From: Convolutriloba macropyga
Taxonomy: Eukaryota
Assembly (NCBI RefSeq): GCF_964194025.1
Contig: NC_134478.1
Location: 4,526,001-4,590,000 of the forward strand
DNA: 64,000 nucleotides
Direction: 5' to 3'
Position 1 is the stretch's first letter; each line of letters begins with the position of its first letter. Below are positions 1 through 13,596 of this stretch, piece after piece. The position numbers and the translations under genes are program-made. Below the pieces are notes generated by a model. The model was not told the origin of the DNA. It did not search any database and saw only the letters and a list, made by a program, of their open reading frames with translations.

Positions 1-221
1 AAATCCCATCTATTAATCTTTTGTAGGGGAAATCCTACTTTTAAAACGATTTAAACTTTCTTCTAGAAAGGTTCAATAGCGCGGGATTCATCCATCCCTT
101 TAGTCGATAATTTGCGCCGGAGGTTAACCCCAAACTTTATTAACAGTCATTAATTGATCGATTAAAACTCAATCAAAAATGGCCTAATTAATATAATGGT
201 ATTCTTGCTGCGCTGCAAGTT

Positions 222-390
222 CTGCATCACGCCGTACAAACGCTTCCACCAAAATCGAAACAGCGTTATAGAAACGTAATCTATTCCCTTCCTGGTCTCA
301 GCTTTAACACCAGCGCTGGAAATATTAAACAGGAAAGTTTCAGTTAATTGAATCGTTTCGCAACAGAAAAATATGTTTGGCGTGATGCAG
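222..390. repeat. Possible small MITE-like element (12-bp inverted repeats)
   Basis: CTGCATCACGCC at 222-233 and its reverse complement GGCGTGATGCAG at 379-390; no clear TSD. Confidence 0.3.
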
Positions 391-480
391 TGAAGAACTC
401 ACCGGGTGTGTGAGTAAATATGTATATTTAAATATATATAATTGCGATAGATTTCTTGACAGTTGTTTGTGTTTGTCTCA

Positions 481-1790
481 CAAGTTATGGTTGTAAATTG
501 CAAGACTGAACAATTTTCTTGGTAACCTAGCATTTCATTGCAGTTTTATTTGACAACCTATTCCTCAGACTTTCCCTTTCTTTTATTCTTGTCGCTAGGT
601 TACTTGTCAGCTGCAGGATCCTTGCTTCGTTCTATAGCGTGACTTAGTTCATTCTGGAGTTACGGCTATTTTGGTGCATGGTCTGGTAGCTGTTTGATTT
701 CTGGCCTGAGGTACCTTCCCAGCTGTTTATCAATTCCCTAATGGTAATGTTTGCGATACATATCCTTTGTTTTGTTAGTTTTATTTTCAGTTATTGTTTG
801 CTTTTGGCTTTGGTGTGACCCTAGTTCATTCTGGAGTTACGGCTAGTTGGTTTGCTCAGTTTTGTTAACTGCTTGTGGAGCTAGCGTGCTTGTTTCAAGT
901 AATTTTTTTATCCCTTCTTCCCGTCCGTCCTTTTCCGGTGACTTAGCGCGTAGTTTCCTAACGTTTGCTCACGAGTTACGGGTGTTTTGTTGATTGGCTT
1001 TCCGCAGTGGCAGGAAACTATTTTCCTTTTCCGTGAAAAAAAAATTGATTAGTTCAGATTCTAATTCCCACTTCAGCTTATTTTGCATTAATCTTTTTGC
1101 ATTTAATTTCATGAGATCTATAATAGGATTAAATACCATTTGTTAGCTGAATAGACACTTTTTGTTTCTGTTCAACGTTTTAAGCTCTCCCAAAATTATG
1201 CTTGCATTTTTAGCTATTTCAGGTTTGAAAATTGGAAAATATCTGTTTTCCCACCTTAGCGTGATCTTGCTCGTTTCCATCTTTTTTTGATGAGGTAGTT
1301 TGCTGTTTTTATATATATTGCGCTAGATTGATGGTTAGATGTTTGTCTTTTGGCTTTCTACGATAAGACTTAGATTATTCAACGAGTTACGGTTGTAAAA
1401 TTCTCGATTGAACAACTTAGTAACCTAGCATTTCTTTGCAGTTTTTGATTTGATATCCTATTCCTCAGACCTTCCCTTTTATTCTTGTCGCTAGTTTACT
1501 TTTCAGTTGCATGATTCTTGCTTCGTTCTAGAATGTGACAGTTCATTTTGGAGTTACGGCTAGTTTGGTTTGTGGTCTGGTAGGTGTTTTGATTTCGGGC
1601 GTCAGATACCTATTTTACCCGGTTTTATCAATTCCCTATTGGCGATGTTTGCTATAATATCCTTTTTTGTTCTGCTGGTATTATTTTCGGCTGTTGTTTG
1701 TTTGTTGCTTTCTAGGGTATTACTCTAGTACATTTTGGAGTTACGGCTAGTTGATTCGCTCGTTTTTGGTAACTGTTTGTGCTGCTAGCG
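481..1790 (+). repeat. Diverged ~400-bp direct duplication (481-~890 vs ~1383-1790), probably LTR/5' leader of the downstream BEL element
   Basis: Shared blocks such as GTAACCTAGCATTTC and CCTATTCCTCAGAC; the sub-repeat GTTCATT(C/T)TGGAGTTACGGCTA occurs four times (~647, ~824, ~1541, degenerate ~1728). Confidence 0.7.
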
Positions 1791-2227
1791 TCCTTTTTCC
1801 CAGTAACGTCTTTCACTCATCTTTCCTTCTCGTTCGCTGTTTCTGGTGGCTTGGCGCGTAGTTTCCATCGACGCTGCGTTAGTTTGTTATTTGTTGCGTT
1901 GTTCGTTACCCTCTCCTTGTTGCTTCTTTCCCGTTTCCACTGTGTAGCGAGTTTTGATTGGTTTCTGTCACGTTCTGTTTTTGTCGCGCCGTTTTTTATT
2001 CGCTCACCAACCTGCCCATTTCCTTCCGTCCTTTATCCTTCTGGGCTCGATCATTCCCCGTTTTTGAGTGGGGTACTGTTTACTCGGCTCCTTCTTCCCT
2101 TAATGGAGAGCTTATTTGACGAATCCTCCACCTTTCTTCGTTTCCCTGGTTGGTGTAAGTGTCTGTTTGTAAGTTGTTTTCTTTGCCCATTTCTGGTTTG
2201 TTTTTTTTTGCCTAACTAAACACTGTC

Positions 2228-5200
2228 ATGTCTGTGGGTTTGGACCATAAAGTAAAGAGATTTTACAGTGCCAGAGAAAACTGCGTAGTTAAAGTAATTC
2301 ATGAGGACAGCGCCTTCCATAGCCAGCAGAGATAGGCGGGCAGAGATAAGTTGAACGCTTATTTAGTAAATCTAAAAGTGACTATGGCAGGGTGGTGGAT
2401 AAGGTGAATTGATAACCTTGAATCAACACATGTAAAAGACTGATGCCACCAGGAGTTCCCTGGAGGAATGAATTAACAGTGTAACGGCGAAAAACGATGA
2501 AATTATAGCCAATCCTCGATCTTACGTCGATAAAATTGACGAAAGAGCGAGTCATCCTGAGGTTTAAAGGTTACATTGCTCGAAATCAGGTTCCATGTAT
2601 ACGCCTAATCGCTCTTCATGTCAGCGCAAACATTATTACATGATGGTAAATATCAAAAGACAAGAGGTGGGAAAATAAAAAAGAAGCTGCCCTGTTAAAC
2701 GAAAACATGCGATCGCAAAGCGAAATAGGCACTTGAGTTAGAAATGACAGAAAGGGCATGCGAAGAATTGGAGAAGGCACATCTTCAATGACTCGATTAG
2801 GCTAAAGTTAGTGAAGTTGATTTAATGGATAGTTCACCACTTTTTTGTCAGCAGACCCGGAATTAAATTCGTTTTTTGCAGAGAAAGGAGCCAGTGGAAA
2901 AGAAAAGATGCTCAGGTTTGACTCATTTCAGGGAAAGCCGATAATGAGCAAAATATGCCAAAGTCTATTTTGCATTCAGGTCCCTCAATAGATTACAACG
3001 TTAATTAACTACCTGGTTGTGATAGAGAGCAACTTAACCTGGCAACTAATGGCGCCGATGATAACAGGCTGGCTGCTCCTGACACCTCTGCTACAGCACC
3101 TGCTATTTTTTTTGAGGTCGAGAGCAAACATTCAAAGTGGTAAACCTTCTTCGTAGCTAAGGGTCGAAAACTCAGTCTCCCCGAACGCCAGATTAGTTTT
3201 CTTTACAGCTTATTGATGCACCTGTGTCTGATACTTCTGCTGCACAAATGTACCATCTTCAAGTTTGACCTCAGGAAATCCCGTGCCTGAGTTCAATGCT
3301 AACTTTATGAACTCTATGCCACCTAATACGGTACCACATTTTGATGTTTTGAATGCTCAACCACAAGTGTCAGTCATGTAACAAAAATCAAATTCCCAAC
3401 CATAACGTATCAATATCTAATTCACTGCAAAAAAATTCCACGCATAGAAGTTGAATGCCTAGCTTTATTCCTACGCAACCTTTTAGTCGGAGCTAGAATA
3501 TTACAACAAATTTTGGCATTCCTGTTGTACAACCACAATTAGTTCTATGACAACCTATCAAACAGAATGTGCAGAACTAAAAGTTCCTAACGGTTATAAT
3601 GTCTCCTTTACTGATTGTCTCCGTTACACACAGCAGCAAATTTCTCCAATGTCTATTGTACTTCCTTGGCTGGCTTACTGTCTAAAGTTTTATCCCATAT
3701 TGCTACAAATGAATGAAACACCTGTTCCTCGTCCTTTTAGTTGGGATGGCCAACCACAGACCACATCTGCGGATAGCAGTAAAATTAAAGAGCTGCCAGT
3801 GGCTATAGCAACCAAGAGAAACGACCATCTGCCAGATTCAAAGTTTTTCGATTTTAATTGTGACCCTTTACAGTGGCATGAGTGGTATAGTAAATTCTAG
3901 AGTGCAGTCGACTCGCAGCCAAAGACCGTTTTCGGTGATTTTGCATATTGTGGTGTAATAAATAAGAATGACCTCAAGACTCACTTCACAATGCAATCAT
4001 ATCATGTTTTTTAGGAGTTGTCACGTTACTTTCGTGTGACTCTGATTTGAAAAGTGCGTCAATGCTCATTGCAGCTGTGCAGAAGTTACCTCCGAAAATG
4101 AAGGAGTCTTGATCATTGCACACCGTACAGAAGGATTGGGTACAGCCGACCTTTTTAGGTTTTAAGGAGTGGCTGAAGCAAACAGCTGATGCAGATGATT
4201 TGATGAAGAACCCAGCAACCAATCAGAAATCTGATGACAATGAGAAATCAATAACACAAAGACTTCTATATTATTCGCTAACTTACTACCTAAGGATAGT
4301 TCAAAACTGAAAAATACAATTACTTTTGACTTCTGTTTCTAACATGAAGGAACTACAGCTGGCAACGAAATTGAGGATGCTAAATATCTCAATCACAAAT
4401 AAAACAGCCTTATTTTTTGCGGCACTGCTTGCAAGTAGACTTGGCTTGTAAGGTCAGTCATTAATTTTAACAGTTAAAGTCTTCAACTCTGAGCAGTTAG
4501 ACACAAAATTGGTTATGCTGACAATAGCAGCTCATGGAAACAAATCTGTCGAAGAATTCATGATTAGCCACTTTGCCAAGGACAATCTTAACGTGGGATC
4601 AGATGTCATTGATGTAAAGGCGCTGGAAAGTAGGTATTCTCATCTCGTAAATCTGAATCCGGGGACAATACTAAGCTGTAACGAGCCCTCCGCCCGTTAG
4701 TTTTTCGCTGACGATGAAACGTGCACACCTTTTTCCTTCCGCCTTCCCATAGGTTGGCTTTGGATCGGTACTCCTCCATCATACTCTGGGTTTGTTTCAT
4801 AACTACAATGGACCAATAATCAATTAGATTTCGCCACGAAAGGTAAGTTTTTGTATGAAATGGAATCATTTGGTGCTTATAAACAGGTTGATCCCTGGTC
4901 TGCCTTCGCTGCTCGAGCAAAAAAATATTTTTGATAAAACCATTATGCATAACGGTTCACGATGTGATGTTGGAGTGCTCTGTTTGGAATACAATATTCA
5001 ACTTCGAAATTATTTTGGCACTGGTGCAATTGAAGTCACTGGAGAAACGTTTGATTAAGGACGAAGCACTGAGAAATACTGAAAAACCATCAAAGATGAC
5101 TTGGGTAGAGGTTCCTTAGTTCGGGAGCCAGAGGCACAAGGTTTAAGGACGTGCCGTGCCAAAAAAGGGCTTTCTACATCACCCAGTTTTGCATATGACC

Positions 5201-6480
5201 AAGCCGGGGAAGGTTCAAAGGGTAATGAATTGCGCTGCCAAGTTGCATGGCGTTTCATTAAAAATTTAATTGCTCACGGTCCCTGATTCACTGTAAAACT
5301 TAATTTAGGTCTTGTTGAGATTTCGACTAAATCTATGCAGTTTTGACAGATCTTGAGGGCATGCTCCTTCAAGTTGTTGTGCCGCATTGTGACCAACCAT
5401 CTTTGCACTTTTTGGCTCGAGGATTGCACAGCAATTATTGTAGTGTTCACGCCCCATGTCTTCGGGGCTAAAGATTTGCCTACTATTGCTAATTAAGCAT
5501 TGCAGCGCAGTGCAAGAGATAATGCAAGGCAGTACCCTAAACCCACTGAAGCTGTACTTGAAGACTTTTAAGCGGGTGATTTTCTAGACTCGGTTGATTC
5601 ACCAGTGAAAGCTCTTAACAGGTCTAAAGGATTGATGCAACTTCTCCATATTGGCAGACTCACGCTTGCCATGCTCGTGAGCAATGTACCAAATCTAGCG
5701 GATCAAGTTGGGGCTCCTCAATCTAACCGGAACAAAGAATATAGCATCTTCGAAAGTGGATGCGACATATATGCGTGGACTTAGATGGGACCTCATAAAT
5801 GACACCTTAGTTGGCAGTAGGGGTACTAGCAGCACTATCTCACTGACGTTAACGCAACAGTTGTTCTTCAGGTTGGTGTTTTAAGGTATCTGAACTCATT
5901 GGCTTAGTTGCTCTTTTCACTGTAAGTGCTCGTTTGATGCTTAAAGATATCGGGCGTGTTTGTGGTCAGAATTAGGACGAGGAGTTAGCACAAGCAACAA
6001 TTGATATTTTTCTCGCATGGACTGCCGAACTGCCTGCCTTGGCAAGCATAACCATACCAAAAAGTTAATTGACTGGATATTTTGATCACCTAGAATTGCA
6101 TGTTCGGTGATATTCACGGGATATTTACTACCGCCGGCTTTTTGCGAGCCCAGTTCACTTCCGCGCATGGTTTCCAAGAGAACAGCTATCCTTCGTCCTG
6201 GACAAAGAATGGCAACTATGAAGGTTATGACTACCAAAGCTCGAACTACAAGCTGCCTTACTTGCTGCTCGTTTGAAAAACGTAGTATGTGGAGCCTTAT
6301 GTGAAATATGTGGAGCTCATTTGGACAGATAACAACATATCTCAACTCGGCAGCGAAGCACCCTATTTGCATTGCAAACCGCGTTGGCGAAGTTCTGGCG
6401 TATACTATTGTCATCAATGGAACAACCAAATTGCGACACATAACCCAGCCGATGCGACACATAATTGATAGTTTGTTTAT
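2228..6480 (+). mobile_element. Highly degenerate BEL/Pao LTR retrotransposon (gag-PR-RT-RNaseH remnants)
   Basis: DUF1759-like gag motif LPDSKFFDFNCDPLQWHEWYSKF (ORF 3547-3900); RT and RNaseH remnants (e.g. CIANRVGEVL at ~6370) broken by many stops and frameshifts. Confidence 0.8.
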
Positions 6481-7055
6481 TCAGTTTATTTGAAACAGGA
6501 AGTGGAAGGGGTGAAATTTAAGGGAGACAAGAATTCAAAGAGCCACTATTATTGCTGACTTCTGTTTCTGGGCAGCTAGTTTTGTGTGTGAGGGCAATTG
6601 TTTTTGTAATCTGTATGGGGATTTTTTGTTTCATTTAGTGAAGTTTTTTTTTCAGCACGCATGCAACACCTAAGTGAAAATTACTTCACTTTTTCAAATG
6701 AAGTCAAAAAACTAATTTTTTGTTGTCTTGTAGTTTAATCTCATTAATAACATTTTCATTTTCTTTTGTCATCTCTTGGAATTGTTTCCGGTATTCTAAT
6801 GGCTATGTTTTTAAGCTGAATTTATTGCTTGAAATTTGACTTTTGTTTTCGAACAATCACTACTGCTTTAGAACGTGACTTCCTTCTGTTTTCGAGCAGT
6901 GGACTTTAAAAGCAGCTTAGTTTGTAATGTGTAGTAATTAAGAATGGGGGTAATGTTCAAGGTTAAAAGGTCATTTCGAATTTTTGATCCCAAATATGTA
7001 CCTCTTGCCTTATCTAAACTACCCCCTCACCTCCCCTCCCCCAAATGTACCCCGC

Positions 7056-7093
7056 CACACACACACACACAAACATACACACACACACACACA
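7056..7093. repeat. (CA)n microsatellite within a C-rich tract
   Basis: Seen directly. Confidence 0.9.
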
Positions 7094-7986
7094 TCTACCC
7101 CCCCACCCACTAGCCCCCCACCTACCTCCCACATTTCTCACTTAAATTGTTTTTTTGGACAAACTTTACAAATTCAAGTTAGCAAAGACATCACAGCAAT
7201 TAATTGAAACATCATTTTTTCTTGTAGTTCCTTCGGTTCTTTGTTATTACAAAGGCAACAAAGCTAGCTCAGCTTTTTGCTGGCGATCTGTCGACAGCTG
7301 TTATTTTAATTGTTTTTTCATGATCTTTGGCGTAATTTTTAATATTTTATCTCCTTTCATATGGCAATGTGGTATGTCGAGTCGCAAAAGAATAGCATGG
7401 CTGTTAATTTTAGTCTTGTTTCTTCTTCAACAAAAATTAATTTTTGCGATAGGTTTTGGAGATTTGTGTGGGTGGTTTTTTTAACTGAATTTTACCTGAC
7501 GTCAACCACATTTAATACGCATAATTCTCTTGAACATCGCTTTATGTTTGGGAATTCAAATGTTTTTCATAATTTAAGATCAAAAAGGTAATCAAAAACT
7601 TTGTTTAAATGTAACACAGATTCTCTTGATTTCAGATTCGTTATCCGGCTCTTTCATGGCGAGAATTTACATTCGTAGCGGGAGTTGCTTTGTTTTCCTG
7701 CTGTTCTACAATGTTACTGCAGTTATGTGACAGCTTTATTTTTCAATATCTACTAAGCAAAGTTTAATAGTATATATCACTGTCCAATTTATCAAGTTGA
7801 ATTTTTCACGCTCGGGTCATAGTTTTCCTTGTTATATATTTCAGTCTTCATTGTAACTGCAGACAGCTGAAACCAATTGCGGCCGTTCAGTGCTAACAAA
7901 AGGCTGCCGCTATTCTGTTGTTTGAGGTGCGCCAAATGTTGTTCCGTTAATCAGCTAAATGGTAGCTAGTGTTGTGCCTTCTTTGT

Positions 7987-8595
7987 TGTTGGGTTATGGA
8001 CTTTCGCAAGCGGAATAAAAAGCGTTTTTAACTAAGTAAAAGAATTAATTTCTCAAAAATGAGAGAATAACAAAATGATATTTTACAGAAGAATTTAGAG
8101 ATTTACAGGAGAGATCTGATTATTAGATCAAGATGGTGATTTGAATTTGGGGATGAAAAAGGACTCAAAAATCAGCTGTATATATACCCATTATCAGTGT
8201 GAAAAAGTCAAGATACAAAACTAATCTTAGCACCGTGATTTATAGTGGGGGTCGCAAGGGTTACCCAATATGGTTTGCTTCTGCAAATCAGTCGCAATGG
8301 GAACCATAAATGGAATGCATTTGCACTTTTCTAAGAATTCATTCACACTTCCGGAGATATCATCATCATTTAATACATGCTGGGAAGATTTTACATCGCT
8401 TAATCTAACTCTAATAATAGTTATCTAGATTCACCAATTTGAACCGAACATTGATTCTCAGCACCATTTCTTGACGATTCATTTATATAATTTCTTTGAT
8501 CAAAATCATATTGCTTGTCTTTCTAATCTGGTAAGTCAAACTTTCTTTCTAATTCTCACTAAGTTTAAGACTATAGTTTGATCGATATTCTAACA
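7987..8595 (-). repeat. Copia 3' LTR (609 bp)
   Basis: TGTTGGGTTATGG...TATTCTAACA, near-identical to 12900-13504; PPT (GAGTGGGGG on the minus strand) adjacent at 8596-8604. Confidence 0.96.
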
Positions 8596-8602
8596 CCCCC
8601 AC

Positions 8603-11600
8603 TCAGACTTGAGCTGATTGCGTAGAGTCTGCTCCCATCAAAACTGCTCTGAATGTTTCCACTTTCGAATAGGGTAAGGACTTTGTGAAGATGTCCGCTG
8701 CCATTTTGTCTGTAGGGACGTAATGAATTGAAATAGTCCCATCCTCAGTCTTGTCACGAATGAAGTGGAACTTTGTCTCAATGTGCTTGCTCCTCTTGTG
8801 CATGACTGGGTTTTGGCAAAGTCTGATACAACATTGGTTGTCCTCTCCAATTGCTATTGGACGTTTCTGTTGGATGCCAAAATCCTCTAGAAGTTGTTTC
8901 AGGTAGAGTGCTTCCTGAACTGCTGCTGCCATGCCCTTATATTCTGCTTCTGATGAAGAAAGAGGAACTGTGGCCTGCTTCTTGACACCCCAGCTGAGTG
9001 CTGCGCCACGTCCGTTGAGCTTGAAGTAATAGCCCGTTGTTGATTTTCTGTCGTTCACGTCTCCAGACCAGTCTGCATCACTTTTCCCCACTAAATCATA
9101 ACTAGCCTCTTTTGTGTAAGTAAGTTTTAAACCTATTGAACCTTGAGGATATCGGAGAAGTCGTTTTCCGCACATCCAGTGTTGATTGGTAGATGCATTC
9201 ATGTGTCTGGACAGAATGTTGACTGTGAACATGTCTGGCCTCGTCTGTTTGGCCAGATACAGAAGTGATCCAACCAAGCTTCTGTAGATCCTCTGGTCCA
9301 CTTCTTCGTCTCCGTTCTGTGCTGTCTGAAGTTTCAAATTCAAATCAGCTGGAGTTCTTGAGGGTTTGCATTGATCCATTTGAAACCGCTCAAGCATTGT
9401 TTCTATGTAGCGTTCTTGGTCGACTGTGACTTTGCCCTCTTCTCGTCTGATTTTTAGACCCAGAAACCAGTGTAGTCTCCCTCTGTCTTCCATGTGAAAG
9501 GTTGCTTCTAGTGCGTTCTTGACATCAGAGACCACTGTCATACTTCTTGATGCTACTATGATGTCGTCAGCCCAGACCAAGATGAATGTGTGATCCTCTG
9601 CCTCTGATCTTGCGAACAAGCAGTGATCGTTCCTGCTTCTGGTGAACCCCTGTCTCAGTAGGAAGTTTGCCAGCTCTTTGTACCAGTTGTTAGCAGCCTG
9701 TTTCAAACCATAAATTGATTTATTTAGTTGACATACTAATTTCTCCCCATCTGATCCGCGTTTTACAAACTCCTGTGGCTGTTCCAGATACACTTCTTCC
9801 TCGATTGGTGAGTGCAGGAAAGCAGTCTTGACATCAAATTGGTGCATCACATGGCCCTGCTTCGCTGATAGCTGAAGTAGAATCCTGAATGTCTCTGGCT
9901 TACAGGTAGGCGCAAAAGTCTCAAAGTAGTCCAGTCCTTCCACTTGTTTGAAGCCTTTCGCCACATAGCGCGCTTTGTATTTGTTCACTTGACCACTGGG
10001 TCCCAATTTCACTTTGTAGACCCATTTGCCCGGTATGACGTCCCTGTCTGTGGGTGGTCTCACTAGGTTCCAAGTCTCGTTGTCTTGGAGTGCCTTGACC
10101 TCGTCCTTCATTGCCCGGTGCCACTGGTCCCAATCGTCACCTTGCTTGGCTTCGTAGACTGTTTTGGGTTCCACATAGTCGCCCTCAGTCACAGCAAGAT
10201 GGGTCCTGACTTCTACAAAAAATTGCGGAACATTCCTTGCTCGTGTCCCTCGTCTGGGGTCTGCTCTGTCCGCGTGTTCCAGTGCATCTTCATTGAAGCC
10301 AACTGTCTCTAACTGTGAGAAGTCTTCTGTGTCACTGTCTTCCAGTGACTCTGAGTCTCTGTAACTCCCTCTTGTTGCAGTAGATCCTTCATCTAGTGCT
10401 GTTTCACCAACATCCGAGGCCTCTTGTCTGTGTTGTTTCTTGAGTATTCACGCTCCCTGCGTCATGCCACTCCTCCTTTATTGCAGTAGATGTGTCCTGT
10501 CGTTCTCTGTTGTCATCATATTGATGACCATCATCTGGGTGCCAGATTCCCAGTTCCGACCCATCATCTAGTAGGTCAGCCGTTTCTTTGTTGTCAGGGA
10601 TTGAGCCCACTTCAGACTCCTTGATGATCACATCTCGAACTGCCATCACCTTGCGTGTGTTGGGTATGTACACCAGGTATCCATTTTCTCCTTCAGTGTA
10701 ACCCACAAACTTTCCTTCCAGTGCCTTGGGTTCAAGTTTGCTGACGTCTCTGTCCCTCTTCCTCATGAAGACTGTGCAACCAAAAATAGATAATTTACTA
10801 ATTGGAAGCTTAGGTTTTATACCTCTCATCAGCTCTGCTGGGCATTTTTCTTCTCCTCGTCTCACAACCAAGTTTCTGATCCTTGCTGCGTGAAGAATTG
10901 CTGCTCCCCACATCATCTTGGGAAGTCCTGAGTCAATGAGCAAACATCTTGCCATCTCCAGCAGTGTCCTGTTGCACCTCTCAGCTAACCCATTCTGTTG
11001 TGGCGTCTCTGGTATGGTCTTTTCCTGTAGAATGCCTGCATCTAAGCAGTACGTCTTGAACTGCTCTGAGAGAAACTCCTTCGCATTGTCTTGCCTCAGC
11101 TTCTTGGGCGTCCCCACACTGAGAACAAATTTCTTCAGGCTGGCCAGTGCTTCACTCTTTGCCTTAAGCAAGTCCACAAACACAAATTTCGTGTTCTGGT
11201 CTGCAAACACTATGCAGAACCGGAACCCTGACAGTGACTCTACTCTGAAAGGTCCCATCACGTCTGTGAACACCCTCTCCAGCTTCTCTTCTGCTTGGGT
11301 CTCTGCCACTCCTGGTACTGGAGTCTTTGTGATCTTTGCCAAAGCACACACATTGCATACATCATCGAGTTCCCCCACTGTCTCTGGTGCATTCCTGACC
11401 ACATCCGCTTGATTCAAATGACCCAATCGTCTCTGCCACTTTCTTGCACTGTCAAGTTTCACGCTGTTGGAACTCATCTTGAATTCTAGAACGCTGCAGC
11501 GTAAGTAAAACAAATTATTTTCTTGTGTTAGTTTTACCCGAGTTCCCTTCTGGAGTTTCATGCAGCTGTTTCCTCTCTCGAAAGCGAAGCTATGTCCCCA

Positions 11601-12768
11601 CTCCGTGCATCTTGAGACTGATAGGAGTTTTGAAGAATAGTCCGGCACACACAGAACATTTTTGAGTTCGCATTGGAATTCCCCTTTGTTTGAGGGTATG
11701 CTGATCCTCACACAGCCTCTGCCCACCACTCTGGAAGCCTCTCCGTTGGGATTTCTGACCACTGATTGAATGGGCACAAAGTCCAGGAACGCATCGATGT
11801 TCGTCACTATGTGATCTGTACATCCACTGTCCACTAGCATGCCTGCTGTCTTCCACTGGGTAAGAGCTGCCCAGCATTCCTCGTCTGGTGTAGCCAATGT
11901 TGGACCCATTGCCACTGACTCATCTCTTTGTCTCTTGCATGCCCTGTCTAGGTGACCCTTCTCACCACACTTGCTGCATTGTGCTGTCTCCTTCCTCCTG
12001 CAGTCCTTGGCAAAGTGTCCAGGGATCCCACACAAAGCAGTTTCCTTTCTTGGGTCCCTTCTTGAAGTCACGCTTCACTGCCCGTGCCACTGAACCACTT
12101 TGTCCCTTGTGTCTCTGCACCGTGCTCTCATGAAAGTTCTGCAGCCTTTTCCTCAACTCTGTGAAGTTCGTTGCCGGGTTGAAGCTTTCCTGTATAACAA
12201 AACTTTCATACCTCATTGGCAGAACATTGAGGACCAAGGCGTTGAAGAGGGTCTCTGAGACTGCTTCCCCTGCTTCTTGTAGCCTTGTGAGCAACTCCTG
12301 TCCTCTGATGAAGAAGCTGTCCAAATCCTCAGAATCCTCGAGCTGCAGTCGAGCAAGCTGTGCCACTAAAGTCACCACTGTCGGTGTCTCCACACTCTGA
12401 AATCTCTCTTGCAAAAGCTTCCAAGCCTTTGCTCCATCTCCAATGCCATCATCTCCCACACAGTCATGTCTCATCAGCATGAGGGTTTTTGCATCTAGAA
12501 TCAGTGCCAGATGGCACCACACATTGTTCCGTTTCTCCTTGATGTCTGCAACTTCCTTCTCATATGCATCCTTCAGCACCTTGTGGTTCTTCTCATCATT
12601 GGTTGCCCCATTGGCCAGTGGCGCAGGCTCATTGGGTTGCTCCTCTGTCCCCAGTAGTGATTTGTAGAGTCCCTTCGTCTGCATCATCGCCACAAATCTT
12701 GTGCTCCAGATTGGAAAGTCCTGTGCCTTTCCTGTGTAGGTCAGCAGCTTCACTGTCTGTTGATCCAT
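8603..12768 (-). pseudogene. Copia gag-pol polyprotein disrupted by two frameshifts (~12030 and ~10420)
   Basis: Two CCHC knuckles (CGIPGHFAKDC, CSKCGEKGHLDRAC), protease LVDSGC, integrase (D..D..NGLAER), RT (YGLKQA, WADD), RNaseH (SDADW, RSKHI); 2-nt TG slippage deletion in the first knuckle. Confidence 0.93.
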
Positions 12769-12883
12769 TGAAGTTTGAGCAGGCAAAACAGTTGTGAAAA
12801 GAAAAGGTACTAAGCGAAAAGGATTATGACTGTCAACAACAAATTAGTTTTGTTTTGGAAATTAATTTTATGACTTAGAAAAT

Positions 12884-12899
12884 TGCTGGGCCCATAACC
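12884..12899 (-). promoter_or_regulatory. Primer binding site for a half-molecule of tRNA-iMet
   Basis: Minus strand GGTTATGGGCCCAGCA is complementary to the anticodon-arm region of initiator tRNA-Met, the Drosophila copia-type PBS. Confidence 0.92.
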
Positions 12900-13504
12900 T
12901 GTTGGGTTATGGACTTTCGCAAGCCGAATAAAAAGCGTTTTTAACTAAGTAAATTAATTTCTCAAAAATGAGACAATAACAAAATGATATTTTACAGAAG
13001 AATTTAGAGATTGACAGGAGAGATCTGATTATTAGATCAAGATGTCGATTTGAATTTGGGGATGAAAAAGGACTCAAAAATCAGCTGTATATATACCCAT
13101 TATCAGTGTGAAAAAGTCAAGATACAAAACTAATCTTAGCACCGTGATTTATAGTGGGGGTCGCAAGGGTTACCCAATATGGTTTGCTTCTGCAAATCAG
13201 TCGCAATGGGAACCATAAATGGAATGCATTTGCACTTTTCTAAGAATTCATTCACACTTCCGGAGATATCATCATCATTTAATTTATGCTGGGAAGATTT
13301 TACATCACTTAATCTAACTCTAATAATAGTTATCTAGATTCACCAATTTGAACCGAATATTGATTCTCAGCACCATTTCTTGACGATTCATTTATATAAT
13401 TTCTTTGATCAAAATCATATTGCTTGTCTTTCTAATCTGGTAAGTCAAACTTTCTTTCTAATTCTCACTAAGTTTAAGACTATAGTTTGATCGATATTCT
13501 AACA
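12900..13504 (-). repeat. Copia 5' LTR (605 bp)
   Basis: Near-identical to 7987-8595; followed on the minus strand by the PBS. Confidence 0.96.
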
Positions 13505-13596
13505 TTTGTCGTTTTCTAAATGAGCATCCTCTAAATCTGAAAACCAGCGGTGGTTTAAAAGTGATCTTAAGACCCCACCCACCCCCCCCCCCCCAT

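Larger units (their letters stand above)
7987..13504 (-). mobile_element. Full-length Ty1/Copia LTR retrotransposon, recent insertion
   Basis: TG...CA LTRs at 7987-8595 and 12900-13504 (~9 substitutions + one 4-bp indel by eye); 5-bp TSD TTTGT at 7982-7986 and 13505-13509; order gag-PR-IN-RT-RH; PBS and PPT present. Confidence 0.97.

Noticed and set aside
640-1750. CRISPR-like array from the recurring GTTCATTCTGGAGTTACGGCTA
   Set aside because: Irregular long spacing, spacers are themselves duplicated, eukaryotic context and no cas genes
1779-2219. 146-aa hydrophobic ORF
   Set aside because: Non-ATG start in T-rich repeat/LTR-like DNA; the F/L/S bias is compositional
10918-11412. 164-aa antisense ORF in Copia integrase (and similar short antisense ORFs throughout the TEs)
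   Set aside because: Shadow of the sense coding frame; no independent motifs
11962-12071. Programmed gag-pol frameshift in Copia
   Set aside because: The shift splits a CCHC knuckle and is explained by a 2-nt TG slippage deletion; Copia-type elements generally use one ORF
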